This document shows, piece after piece, positions 1-12,344 of a stretch of 64,000 bases of DNA. This DNA is from Octopus vulgaris (Eukaryota): positions 14,694,001 through 14,758,000 of the forward strand of contig OX597842.1 of assembly GCA_951406725.2 (NCBI GenBank), read 5' to 3'. Made by a program: the position numbers and the translations under genes. Below the pieces are notes generated by a model. The model searched no databases. It saw only the letters and a list, made by a program, of their open reading frames with translations, and was not told where the DNA came from. Numbering within the stretch: position 1 is the first letter of the stretch; every line of letters begins with the position of its first letter.

Positions 1-43
1 TTAATGAAAAAACTTATTCAGACTTCACAGGGCTAAACTATCA

Positions 44-230
44 TTTATTACATCCGCCTTAGCGAAGGCGGAGATATTGTTTTCAGATGTAGTTGTTTGT
101 CCGTGAACAAGATATCACAAGAACCATGGGATGGATTCGACGAAAGGTTCAGGTATGTTTGTCCTGACAAGCACTAACTGATTAGATCTTGGAAGTTACC
201 CGGTACCGGACAAGAATTCTGGATTATTCG
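44..230 (+). mobile_element. Possible non-autonomous Helentron/HINE-like repeat fragment
   Basis: T-rich start followed by the perfect hairpin TCCGCCTT-AGCG-AAGGCGGA (53-72) and a GTTTGTCCGT tract, which resembles the layout of HINE/DINE-type elements. No coding sequence. Confidence 0.4.
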
Positions 231-539
231 TTACATTTACTTTACATAATTACGATCTTAAGTCAACATTCAAGTGTTTCCTAATTATCTCCCTTTAGGC
301 TGTAACTATTTTCAGTGGTGAATTTGGTAACTTAGGCTTGGATTAGTTAAGCACCTTTACTGATATAAATGTCAATATGGTTCTTTAAAATACAATGTTA
401 AACGGTTGTTGCAACATCCAGTTAAATCGTCTTTGCTGTGTGGAATCCTTTATTCTTATATAAGATATTTCTATCATCAAATGATTTTTGACACTGAAAC
501 AGTAACTCTTTTGTACAATTAGATCCACGTATAGTTGTC

Positions 540-1085
540 TTTTTTTAATGATATGTCACAATATCAGTAAGATGCCTCAGTAATATGCTTTCTCTTCTGA
601 ATGAAAAGAACCATTTTTGAGAGAATAATTTTCCACAGATATAACAGTGATATGTTGTTTTTTTTGTCCAGTATGAATATGTTTGTGTAAAGTAACTTTA
701 CTACTCGTTGGGAACGATTTCCCATAAACATCGAATTGGAATGGTCTCTCTCTTGAATCAATTCCTTTTGAATAGTTAAAATAGTCATTTGTTAGAATGA
801 TTTACCACAGATGTCATAGAGATGTTGGTTTCTTTCAGCTGTATGAGTGCATTTGTGTTTAGTCAGGCCACAATTTCTAGAGAAAGATTTCCCAGAGACA
901 CTACGATGGTATGGTTCGCTCTCCGATGAATGAATTTATTCTTAGTTAAATGGCTTCTTACAGAGAAAGGTTTACCACAAACTGAACGCTAATATCGTTT
1001 CTCGTCTGCAAACGGATTTACCACAGACATTAAAATGATAAGGCTTTTCTCTCGTATGAATCTATGTGTATTTACTTAGTGCCCT
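540..1085 (-). pseudogene. Degenerate tandem C2H2 zinc-finger array (about 5-6 fingers)
   Basis: Minus-strand translation across frameshifts and stops gives IHTREKPYHFNVCGKS, VCGKPFSVRSHLTK, GLTKHKCTHT, YDICGKSF and VTLHKHIHTGQK..YHCYICGKLFSQ. These are repeated HTGEKPY-C-x2-CGKSF linkers with lost Cys/His residues. Confidence 0.8.
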
Positions 1086-1809
1086 GAGTTTTAAACTGGT
1101 ATGAGTCCTTAGGTAAACTTAGCAACGACGAGAAAGTTTTAGTAAGTTCGAATGAAGATATATAATAAATCTCTGAGCGAGGTATAAACAGTAGCTGCAC
1201 GTCATCGTGAAGTATATTTGTCACTTAAATATGGCTAACCCTTAACGATGGTTTCCCTTTGAAGATATAGATAGGGCACAGAATGTGCGTCAATAGCCAG
1301 CTGGAGGAGGTGTCCTTCTGGGGCTACAAGCTACAGTAGCATCCACCCTTATTTTGCTTCTCGCCATTCGTTTCAGAATAGTCAGAATTGGTTCCCGTTC
1401 TGAATTTCTATTTGAAAGATTAGCTCTAATATGATTCTATTAAATATTCCACTGAAATTTCATAAAATCCAGGTTAACGTGGTAAAATGGATAAATAAGA
1501 AGACACAATAGAGTTAATGATGTCTTTTAGGACAGAGAATTAAAATATTTTGTTGTTTATTTGTAAACAGGTGAGTTAACGAGAAAGTGTTTATTTCTTT
1601 TACTACTAAGTTCTTTCCTAAGTTTTCTGATAGGATATTGTTGTTGTTGTTGTTGTTTTTGTTGTTATGTAGCCAGAGGTCTATCATGATATGATGTTTA
1701 GGTACGTACCCTGAATGTCTCAGGTCAAAATAACATTGTTATAAATTAAAAGAATTAAAAATCAAATCTCTAAGGGTATAAGTATAATGATCATTAACGT
1801 TGATCGTTA

Positions 1810-3130
1810 TACACCTGATCCAGCAATTTGCTACCTTTGCAGTTACTTCTATCTAAAGCATCACCTTTACCTTTGTAGCAGTTGACTATGCTGCTGCTTC
1901 ACCACTCATTGCGTGTGACTCCTTCGTGTACCACCTGATTTACAATACGGGTAACTAGACTATAACCCACACCACCAGATATTTTAAGTATTTCATCAGT
2001 GATTCCTGATGGACGGATGGCTTTCCCTAACTTCAATATCCTTAATTGCTTTATCTACCAGATTGCTATAGATTTTGGTAGCTGCTCCCTCAACTGGTTC
2101 AACATTTGGCAGGCTCCCATCCTCTCATTCATTCTCCACATTCAGCAGTCTTTCATAGTGGCATCTCCAAGCCTCTTTCTTTGCAGATTCATTAAACTGA
2201 AGTGCACCACCATCCACGCGAACACACGACTGTCCTGTGACATCACAATTCTCTCTCGCACACTTTCTTTTAATCCGAAATACTTCGGTTCTTTGGTCCT
2301 CACATCGCTGAACATTGGCAAACCTATTTTCTGCTTCTCCCTTGGATATATATTATATATATATATATATATATACCTGTCTCCTAGTCTCCCTATCGCT
2401 ATTCTTCCAGGTTTTCCAAGCCTGTTTCTTTGCTCTGATGGTCTTGTCAACCGTATTATTCCAGCACCACGTTACCCTAGATCTGGAAGGGACTTTGCAG
2501 CCACAGATTTTAGATCTGTGACGCTCAGTAAGCTGTCACGCAGGAATTTCCAGTTACCCTCTATGTCACAAATCTGTAGCTTCTCCTCCCTCTCATTAAA
2601 TTTCTCAATGAGGCTGTCCCTAAATCTCTGACCATGAGAAGGGTTCTTAAGCTTCCAAATCCTTCTTTTTTGGATTGGTCTGCTTCTTGGCATCCTTGTG
2701 GCCTCGAGTCGAAGGTCACTGATGACTAGCCTATGCTGGGGAGTACATTCTTCACCAAGCAGGGTATTTGTATTTAACAGCGACCATGCATCCCGCTGTC
2801 AGGTGAGGATGAAATCAATCGGGCTAGCAGAATCGCATAATTGATAGGTTATCAGGTTGTTGGCTGGCTTCCTGAAGTTGGTGTTGCAGATCAGTTGGTT
2901 GCTAACATCACGGAACTCCAATAGCCTAGTTCCCTCTTTGTTTCTGTAACCAATTCCATGGATCTCCATGAACACCATGGAAAACACCAGATTGCCGTCC
3001 GTCATGCCCATTAAAATCTCCAGCCACAAGGATGAAGTCAGTGTCACTTGTCTTTGAGGTATCCTGTAGAAGGATATCATAAAAGTGGTCATTCTGATCA
3101 TTTTGTAGGCCCGCTTGTGGGGCGTAGGTA
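1810..3130 (-). mobile_element. RTE-clade LINE fragment (AP endonuclease C-terminal half to start of RT), frameshifted
   Basis: APE motifs TYAPQAG, ILVAGDFNGH, NKEGTRLLEF, ICNTNFRK and IDFILT. RT start LKLGKA..SGITDEILK and CYKGKGDALDRSN..LLDQV. Truncated at both ends. Confidence 0.85.
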
Positions 3131-4500
3131 CTTCTATGGCTAGGAGGACCCATATAGAGAGATGGAGTGGAGGGACCTGAACCACACAGAGCCCAGCAAA
3201 TGTCCATCAGGTAAAGAAAATGATCGCACATGCACTAGGAGCTACTATAAGAGTTACCCAAAAAGGCAACACGTTTAAGGTTAACAATAAAATATATGCC
3301 CAGGATGAGGGGGCAGCCATCGGCATTAGTATCGCCGGTGATGTGGCCAACCTTTTCATGGTATGGTGGGACAGAAGGCTTAAAGAACGCCTGACACAGA
3401 ACTCCATACTCGTGAACATGTACTCTCGCTATGTTGATGATATCAACATAGTGGTAAAGGCACCCCCACAAGAGAGTACTGTTGATATAGTAATAGAAAC
3501 TAATACTATGGAGAGCATCCAGCAAATAGCTAACTCCATCAATCAGAGTATCAAGGTCACAATAGACTACCCCACTAAACACCCCAACCATAGACTACCA
3601 GTACTAGAGACAGAACTCTGGCTAGAAACCTATGGCCTCCAAATACTTGCTCCACCGGAACTCAGCCATCGCGGACAATGCCAAATTAAATATTTTGATG
3701 GCAGAACTCGTCAGAATAATGCGAAATGTGTCCCGCATGTGCGAGCCTGCAGAGTTAAAGAGACACATACAACATTTCGTTCACCGCATGCAGTTCTCAG
3801 GTTACAGCCATAAAGAAAGGATCAGAGTATACAAAGGAGCCATGAAGAAATTTGATACTATCTTATGTAATGATAGGAATGGAATTTGCCCACTCTATAG
3901 GAGCAAGTCATAGAACACTATCGAAAGGACTAAGAAGAAAATAGGGAAGGCCAACTATTGGTATGATAGCCACAAATACCAGAGTGTCATGTTCGTTGAC
4001 ACCACCCCTAGAGGTGAACTGGCATACCGCTTTAGAAGGACACTAGACAAACTTAAGCTAAAGATTAAGGTTGTTGAAAAGCCAGGCAACTCTATCAAAT
4101 CCATAATCGGTAGAACCTACCCTTTTAGTAGAACCCCCTGTACGGATAGGTACTGTGCTGTGTGTAGATTTAGCCCACAAACAAACTGTAAAGCTAGAAA
4201 TGTAGTCTATAGTATAAAATGTATAGAGGGACGATGCAGTAACAAGACAAAGACACACGTAGGGGAAACGGTACGAAGCATAGGAGAGCGAATAAATGAT
4301 TGGAGAGAACTTAAAGAAGGAAGGAGCTCATCGATTCTATACCAACACACTGAGCCGGAACATGGGGGCTCAATCAACAATATATAAGTTAAAATATTGT
4401 CCACACATAGAACAGACGCAACAATCAGAAAATTACGGAAGCTACACACATAATAGAAGATAAACCTAGCCTGAATAGGAAACTAGAATGGAACACTAGC
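3131..4500 (+). mobile_element. Penelope-like retroelement, 5'-truncated RT plus GIY-YIG endonuclease, frameshifted
   Basis: ORFs 3220-3813 (YAQDEGAAIG, YSRYVDDI, LPVLE), 3632-3913 (thumb, MQFSGYS) and 3989-4387 (Cys-rich linker, NVVYSIKC..HVGETVRSIGER). Confidence 0.85.
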
Positions 4501-4619
4501 ACACACCACAACATATGACGGTAGAGGATCCCCATAAACTTGTTACAATATAAACAAAACTGAAAACATAATAAACTAAAATAAAATACACAGAGAAATA
4601 AACAAATGGAAGTAAATAA

Positions 4620-4640
4620 CTATATATATATATATATATA

Positions 4641-4704
<64 letters not shown>

Positions 4705-4760
4705 TAGTATTGTTGTAATACATGCATACATACATACAAGCATACGTAATCATAATAATG

Positions 4761-4800
<40 letters not shown>

Positions 4801-4815
4801 TAATAATAATGATAA
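4620..4815. repeat. (TA)n/(TAT)n/(TAA)n microsatellite cluster
   Basis: Directly visible. The TAT and TAA tracts face each other and account for the poly-I/poly-N ORFs. Confidence 0.95.
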
Positions 4816-5051
4816 TAAGTGGATGTAAACACATGCGAACAAAATGAGAATAAACAAAAACAAAAACAAATTACACGAATGTATATAAACATAAGATACA
4901 AATATTACAGGCATCCCCCCATACACACACTAACTAAACATAGACGCACATAGAGATATAAGCATGAGCAAATGAAGACACATACAATAGAAATACAAAA
5001 TGGCTGACGGTTAGAAAGGAGAGACACACAAATAAGAAAGAAGAAAGCAAA

Positions 5052-5096
5052 GGACCACTGATGCGGTCACAGGAGCGTGACGAAAGAACTCTGGCC
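5052..5096 (+). ncRNA. Degenerate minimal type I hammerhead ribozyme motif in the PLE 3' region
   Basis: GGACCA-CUGAUGc-g-GUCAC-aggagc-GUGAC-GAAA-GaaC-UC-UGGCC. A9 is changed to C. It lies on the same strand as the GIY-YIG coding region, about 0.6 kb downstream. Confidence 0.55.
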
Positions 5097-5169
5097 GAAA
5101 TAAGATTAAGATTAATGTAAAAAATAAATAACACTGAAGCAAAGTAACACCAAATATATAGTGCGTGTG

Positions 5170-6338
5170 TTTTTATTAGCTAAACTGGCAAAATGACCAT
5201 TCCGAAATACAACAAATTCTATTAAATATATTACTGTAATTTAATGAATTTAATGATTGGAAAAATGGGTAATTAATAATGCACAATAGAAAAGGGCGGA
5301 CGTTGTCTCACTTAACAATTGTGCAGGCAAAATTGTGCAGGTAAATGTAGTCGGATTGTGCTGAAAATGTGCACACCTATTGAAATCATCAACAGCCAAC
5401 TACCCCGCGGACTTTCACCTCATGACTGAAGGTTGGGGTTCCAGTTATGCTGTTGAGAAACGTGGAACCACCAGAACTATGCAACGGTACGCGTCTGATC
5501 ATCAAAAACATGGGACCTTAATTCTGACGACAATCATTCTGAGCGGACCATCTGCGGGCGTAACAAAGTTATTAAGCCCCATGAGCCTTAGTCCCTCGGC
5601 CGTGCCATTTGAATTTACGCGACGGCAGTTTCCCGTCAATGAGCATCAACAAAGCACGGAGACAGTCGTTACAAGTAGTTGGCCTCAATCTGACACAGCA
5701 GTTATTTATCCACGGTCAACTATACGTCGGATGCTCCCGTGTCGGCAGTCCACACAATCTCTTCATTTGTGGTAATCCGGGCAACACCAGGAACGTTGTC
5801 CCCAAAGAAGCCCTGCAAGAACACTTTTGAACCTTCCGCCATTACTCTCCCGTCGCTGGAGTCATTGTAACTTTCTCAAATTTTTAACCCAACTGCATCC
5901 ACCTTCTTCACGTTGCTGGCCACATCTGCAAACTGACCACCTCTGCCACCAGTCAAACTCCCAGCCCATGGGTTCACGTCCCGACACTGATTCCGCAAAA
6001 TTAAGTTGGGTGTGACTACATATTGTATCCAAAACATTGCAAGTGCAGTCGTATTTCAGTTTTGTGCAGAGACCAGACTGGTGTTTTGTATTTTTCCAGC
6101 GTTTTTCCGTCATTCTTTGCCCTTCACATCTGCATCCGCGAGGTTTCTTCAATCACTTCTCAAAGTCTGTTTAAGCATTTGGCATGCTTTTTTACATTGC
6201 CAACTTTTAATAAAAGTTTTTCATGGGGGGGGGATTCCTCATCTTGAAAATGTGGCCCGAGTAGACCCGAATGAAATCGGGTCATAATATCGAAACAATG
6301 CTATTTTAATCCCGAGCAAAGGCGGCTTTCTCCGCCAG
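5170..6338 (+). mobile_element. Internally deleted Helitron (PIF1-like helicase C-terminus plus 3' end), copy A
   Basis: Frameshifted [34 protein letters not shown] and MSINKARRQSL..FIHGQLYVGCSRV..TRNVV. Subterminal hairpin GACCCGA-ATGAAA-TCGGGTC (6264-6283). Ends CCAG|T here and CTAG|T in sister copies. Confidence 0.85.
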
Positions 6339-8194
6339 TGTATCATATAAGAATAGTATTTCTATGTAATATACGATGTGTCTATGGATGTTTCTATTTG
6401 TTCTGCAGTGATTTAAGGCAGGTTTTCCCAATGTGGCAATGGTTGCATATTCTTTATTTCATATTCTACCATTATGATCATTGTTACTCAATAGTTATTG
6501 TAGATTTTCAGCAAAACGTCAAACTTCACCATTGTACATATTGTCCTATTGTTATTGGATTCTTACGTGATACGAGTGAACAAACCTGATTATTTTGAAA
6601 TTTAACATAAAATTATTTAAATTACGCCAACTTTATTTCAGAAATTGATAAGTAATTATTATTAGAAATTATTGGTTTAGAAACAAATTATATGGTATCG
6701 TAATTTATACAAAATTATTTTGAATAAATTGCTGACATATCTTACTAATTTTTAGCTCCATAAACGTGGAATGAACTAATATTCAAACATTATATGTGAT
6801 GTAAAAACACAACAAAAATATAATAAACATGATCTTTCTTCCTGAAAGTTGTACAAAATAATAAGTCGCCGATTATGTAAACTAAGAGGAACATATTCAA
6901 ATTTAATTTTAATTTGTAACAATAAACTTATTTATAAAAACGACGTTTTGAAAAAACAGAGAAAAGAGAACTATATCACTGACTCTCTGAAACCAAAAAG
7001 ATAACTTTCAAATGGGATGACTCAGAATCAGTTCCTTTATTGAGTGAGATCTTCATCTTGTTCTGCTCAAAGACTTTGGCAGTAATTAGCATATTGTAAT
7101 TAAAGACAAAATATATTCTCTATAGAGAAATGGTCAAATCTATCGAGGAATAAAACTGCAGAAAGTAACGACGACGAAATAACTGAGGAGAGTGAAGGAC
7201 TTGAAAGAGTGTCATGAATTCAGAAATAAGTAATTCTCTCAGAACGACAAAACGTCCTGTTAAAATAATGATTCTTTTATGCAAGAATTTATTCAAAAGC
7301 AACAAATATTCTTCAAAATAAAGACCAAACGCAGTAAACGAACTTTTTCTTCTACTTAATAAATAAATTTTGAAGCAATTAAAGAAATAAGAGGTTTCAT
7401 TTAGTATGCGATGTTTGGCTGCTATTTCTAGCAGCTGCATCCACAATAGGTGCAGGGTGCAGTGTGAAGATTACGAGGAGGAAATTAAGGGATAAGAATT
7501 GCAATATTAAAAAAAGCGAAACGAAAAACGAATCAGTGATATAGAAAAGTGTTCGATATTTATTGATATTGCGTTATAAACACTTCGATCTATTATTTAC
7601 ATTAAATCATTTTTGGAAATCTTCAAATTCTGCGCAAGAAAAAAATACAATTTAAAGCGAAAAGGGATGCAATGAGAGTTATTGTTCTTACGCATTGACC
7701 GTTGACACCTCCCACCACGTTGTATAATGTAGAATGACTCCGCCCATTTTGCTTTCTTTATAAACTCATACCCTTATATCTTACCCTCTCCCTCTTCCTC
7801 ACCTTTTATTCCTAAGAAACCTTATTTTCTTACAAATAAATTATATTTTCAGATTTACCTTAAAATTTCTCTCTCGCTAATTATTTTACCAGAAGCTAAT
7901 TATTTAACTAACGATTAATTACATAATTACTGTGTAGTTCTTAATTGAGGAAATTAAATAGTCGAGGCATTGACGGACAATTTAAGAAGCATTTATTCAA
8001 AGAATCGTCCATCACGTGGTTTGACACCATGCTAGAAATAACCGCCCACCACACTATGCTTTACATCGTTTTTATGAAGGTCACTTTAAGGAGCTTCTAA
8101 GCCCCAATTGGGGATCAAATGTGATGCTAGAAATAACAGCCAAGTATGTTAATGTTTGGTTTTGTGTTTCATATAAAAATGAAGGACACTTCGA

Positions 8195-10260
8195 AACTCT
8201 TCTCTCTCCTTCCTCATTCTGTATTAATACCTCATCCTTCCCCTCTTCCTTTCTCTAATACATGATTGACTCCCTCTCTTATCACACACATCATTCCCTC
8301 TCCTTCTCTACTCCTCTCTCTGTCACTTATTTATGTTATTGTTTAACCCCGCCTCCCTCATCCCTCGTTTTCTCTCAACTCTTACTCTCCCTCCCTCACA
8401 AAGCATATATCTCATACATAGTCTCTATTTCCTTCCCCCTCCCTCACTTTTTGTCTCTCTCCCTCCCTCTTTACCACCTCATATCTCATACTATCCCTCT
8501 ACCTCTTTTGCGCTCCGCCCCACGTCACACTCTCCCTCTCTTTCTAAACCTATGTATCATTCTCTCTCTCCCTCCACCTCCTTATATAATATTCTCTCAT
8601 TCTCTTACCTCATTCCTCCCTCCCTTTCTCCTCCCTTTCCATCTCCCTCTCTTTCTCTATATCTGTCTTTCTCTCTCTTTGCTCTCTCCATTTCTCTATT
8701 TCAGTCTCTCTCTTTCTCCCTCTCGCTTCTTATGTCTCTCTCTGTCTCCGTGTCTCTGTTTGTCTGTCTCTCTCCTTCTCCCTCTCTCCCTCTCCCTCTC
8801 TCTATTACCTTATTATATATTAATGCTCCGCCTTTTTACTCTTTGTCTCTCATCTCATACTCCTCCTCTCTTCTTAACATTAATTTCTCTAATCCCTCCT
8901 CCTTCCTCCCCCTCTCTCCCTCCCTCTCCCTCTTTCTTCTCATCATTTTTACAGAATTACGTCGCCTTCCTCTCCATCTCTCTCTCATTCTTTCTTTCTT
9001 TTTGTTTCCCTTTAATTTCATTCTATTTTCTTTCTTTCTTTTTGCATTCTTTCTTTCTTTCTCGCCTTTCCCTCTCTTCCTTTCTTACTTCCTTTCCTTC
9101 CTTCTTTCCTTTTCTTTCCTTTCTTTCTTTTTTCTTTCTTTCTTTCATTTTTTCTCTCTTTTTTCTTTCTATCTTTCTTTTTTTCTTTCTTTCTTGAACT
9201 TCCTTTCTTTCTTTGTTTCATTCTTTCTTACTTTCTTCTTTCTTTCTTTCATTTTCCTTTCCTTCTTCTTTCTTTTTTCTTTCTTTGTTTTTTTCTTTCT
9301 CTCCTTTATTTCTTTCTTTCTTCTTTATTCTTTCTTTGTTTCTTCCCTTTTTTTCTTCCTTCCTTCATCTCTCACATTCTTTCCTTCTTTCCTTCTTCCT
9401 TTCTTTCTTTCTTTCAGTTCTTCGTTCTTCCTTTCTTTCCTTCTTTCTTTCTTCCCTCCTTCCTTCCTTCCTCCCTTCCTTTCTTTATTTTCTTAATTTT
9501 CTTTTATTTCTTCATTCTTAGTTTCTTTCTTCTTTCTTTCTTTCCTTTCTTTTTTTCATTCTTTCTTTCCTTTCTTTTTCTTTCTTTCTTTCCTTTCTTT
9601 CTTTCTTCCTTTCTTTCTTTCTTTTTCTTTCTTTTTTCTTTCTTTCTTTCTTTCTTTCTTTCTTTCCTTTCTTTCTTTCTTTCTTCATTTCTCTCATTCT
9701 TTCCTTCTTTCTTTCTTTCCTTTCTGTCTTTCTTTGTTCCTTCATTTCTCTCATTCTTTCTTTCTTTCATTCTTTCTTTCTTTCATTCATTCATTTTCGT
9801 TATTTCTTTGGTTTTCTTTCTGTTTTTCATTTCCTTCTTCTTACCCTTCATTCTTTTTTCTTTCATCGCTCTTATCTTACCTTCTCCTTTGACTCTTTTC
9901 TTTTTCTTCCTTCCTTTTATTGTCCTTGTTTCGTTTCCTTTCCTTTTCTCCTTTTTCTCTCTCTCCCTCTCGCCCTGCTCTTATCTTTCTCTCCTTCTTT
10001 CCTTCATTTCGCTTCTTTCTTTCTTTTTTCCTTCTTTTTTTTCCATCATTCTTTCTCCCTTTCTTTCTTTCCTTCTCTCCCCCGCTCTCATTTCATGCAT
10101 TATTACAGAATCATGTTACTTTATTCCTTCCATCCTCTTTTCTTTCATTCCTTCTTTATCTCTCTTTTTTCTTCCTTTCTCTCTCTCTCACTCTCTTTCA
10201 TTATTTCCTTCTTTTTACTCTCTCTCCCACTCTCTTTCTTTCCCTTTATCTCATTGTTTC
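8195..10260 (+). repeat. ~2-kb polypyrimidine (CCT/CT/CTTT) low-complexity tract
   Basis: Strongly C/T-biased on the + strand. Copies at ~33450-35520 and ~50205-52140. Confidence 0.95.
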
Positions 10261-11046
10261 CCTCCCAAAACCATTCCGACTTTGATAAAAGAATCTCACC
10301 TCTCTATTGTCTCGCATCATTCGTGAAACAACAGCCAAACCAAATTCCTAATGTCTTATTTTTATATAAATGCAGGACACTTGAGGAAGCGTCTATCAAA
10401 TATATTGTCCTACTGGTGGTCGGGTAATATGCTAAAAATAATAGTTTATATTTTATATTGCTTTTCATGAAGGATTGAAGGAGACTTTAAGAAGCATCCA
10501 GAGGAATATTATCCAATTGGTGGTCCTACGTGATGCTAGAAATAACAGTAAATATGTCTTTGATAAATATTTTTATTGTTTTTGTTGAATAATATTTGTT
10601 GAAAAATTGCCGCAATAATTATGCACCAACCCAATATTTTACCTGACCCTTGAACTGAGCGTGACATGGATTAAAGTGAGGGAAGGTTGCACAATAGCAT
10701 CTGGCTTGCTCTCTCGTCCCTTCCTCTGTGATTCCAGTGGAAGGATGAAGTGAAGAAAACTACAGACAGGTTGCAGTTCCCCCTCCACAAAGTTTGCGAG
10801 TCCGTTGAGCCTATCTATTGGTTTCCTCAGCACACTCCACCGGTTCACATCCTTAGATAGACAAGCCCTAGTCCACCAATGGTTAAAGGCCGTGTGCTAC
10901 CCTTACCATGGTTTAGCCAGCCTGTGGAAGCCGTGAGCCTGGGTGTGGATACTGTTGCATGCAGATAGCATTGATGAACCACAGGTGAGAGTGGGAGTCA
11001 CGGGAGGACCAAAGCGGACGGACTACTCCAAGGAGTACTACATATG

Positions 11047-11082
11047 GTTTAACGTTTCGAGCAACGATTTTTCTTCAGAAAC
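11047..11082 (-). ncRNA. Decayed minimal hammerhead motif (core intact, helix II broken)
   Basis: Minus strand reads GUUU-CUGAAGA-A-aaaucguugcuc-GAAA-CG-UU-AAAC. Copy at 36315-36350, partly deleted in copy C. Sits next to a (TA)n tract. Confidence 0.45.
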
Positions 11083-11154
11083 AGAAGAAAGTTTAATAGA
11101 AAGGAAGACAGAGGAATAGAATCGCTAACGATCCACATGTGGTTACGTTTTGAA

Positions 11155-11208
<54 letters not shown>

Positions 11209-11389
11209 GATTATCCTAAACTATGAATATTGTTATTGTTGTTCGTGGTGGTGTTGTTGCTGTTGTTGTTATTATTATTATCTATAATTATTTCTATCTG
11301 TATGTCTCTCTCTCTCAATCTTTCTCTCTCTCTACTACACACACACAATTATACATATCGGGAGAGAGATAGTTAGGAAGGTAGGTACA

Positions 11390-12218
<829 letters not shown>

Positions 12219-12344
12219 GAAGAATAAAGACAAGTAGTGTGTATGTTCATGCATTTCTTGTGCGCCTGTATAAATAGCAGGCAATAAGAAAAGAAAATCC
12301 AAAAAAGAACAACAACAAACACAAAAAAAGACAACACTGCGAGG

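Noticed and set aside
1999-2631. 210-aa plus-strand ORF
   Set aside because: It is the antisense shadow of the RTE LINE.
7178-7220. CUGAGGA-GAGU-gaagg-ACUU-GAAA hammerhead-like core
   Set aside because: Neither helix I nor helix III can be formed, so it is likely a chance match.
8262-10427. Long F/L/S-rich ORFs and K/E/R-rich antisense ORFs (also 33.5-35.7 kb and 50.4-52.3 kb)
   Set aside because: Polypyrimidine DNA has few stop codons, so several frames are open. Indels between copies do not preserve the frame.
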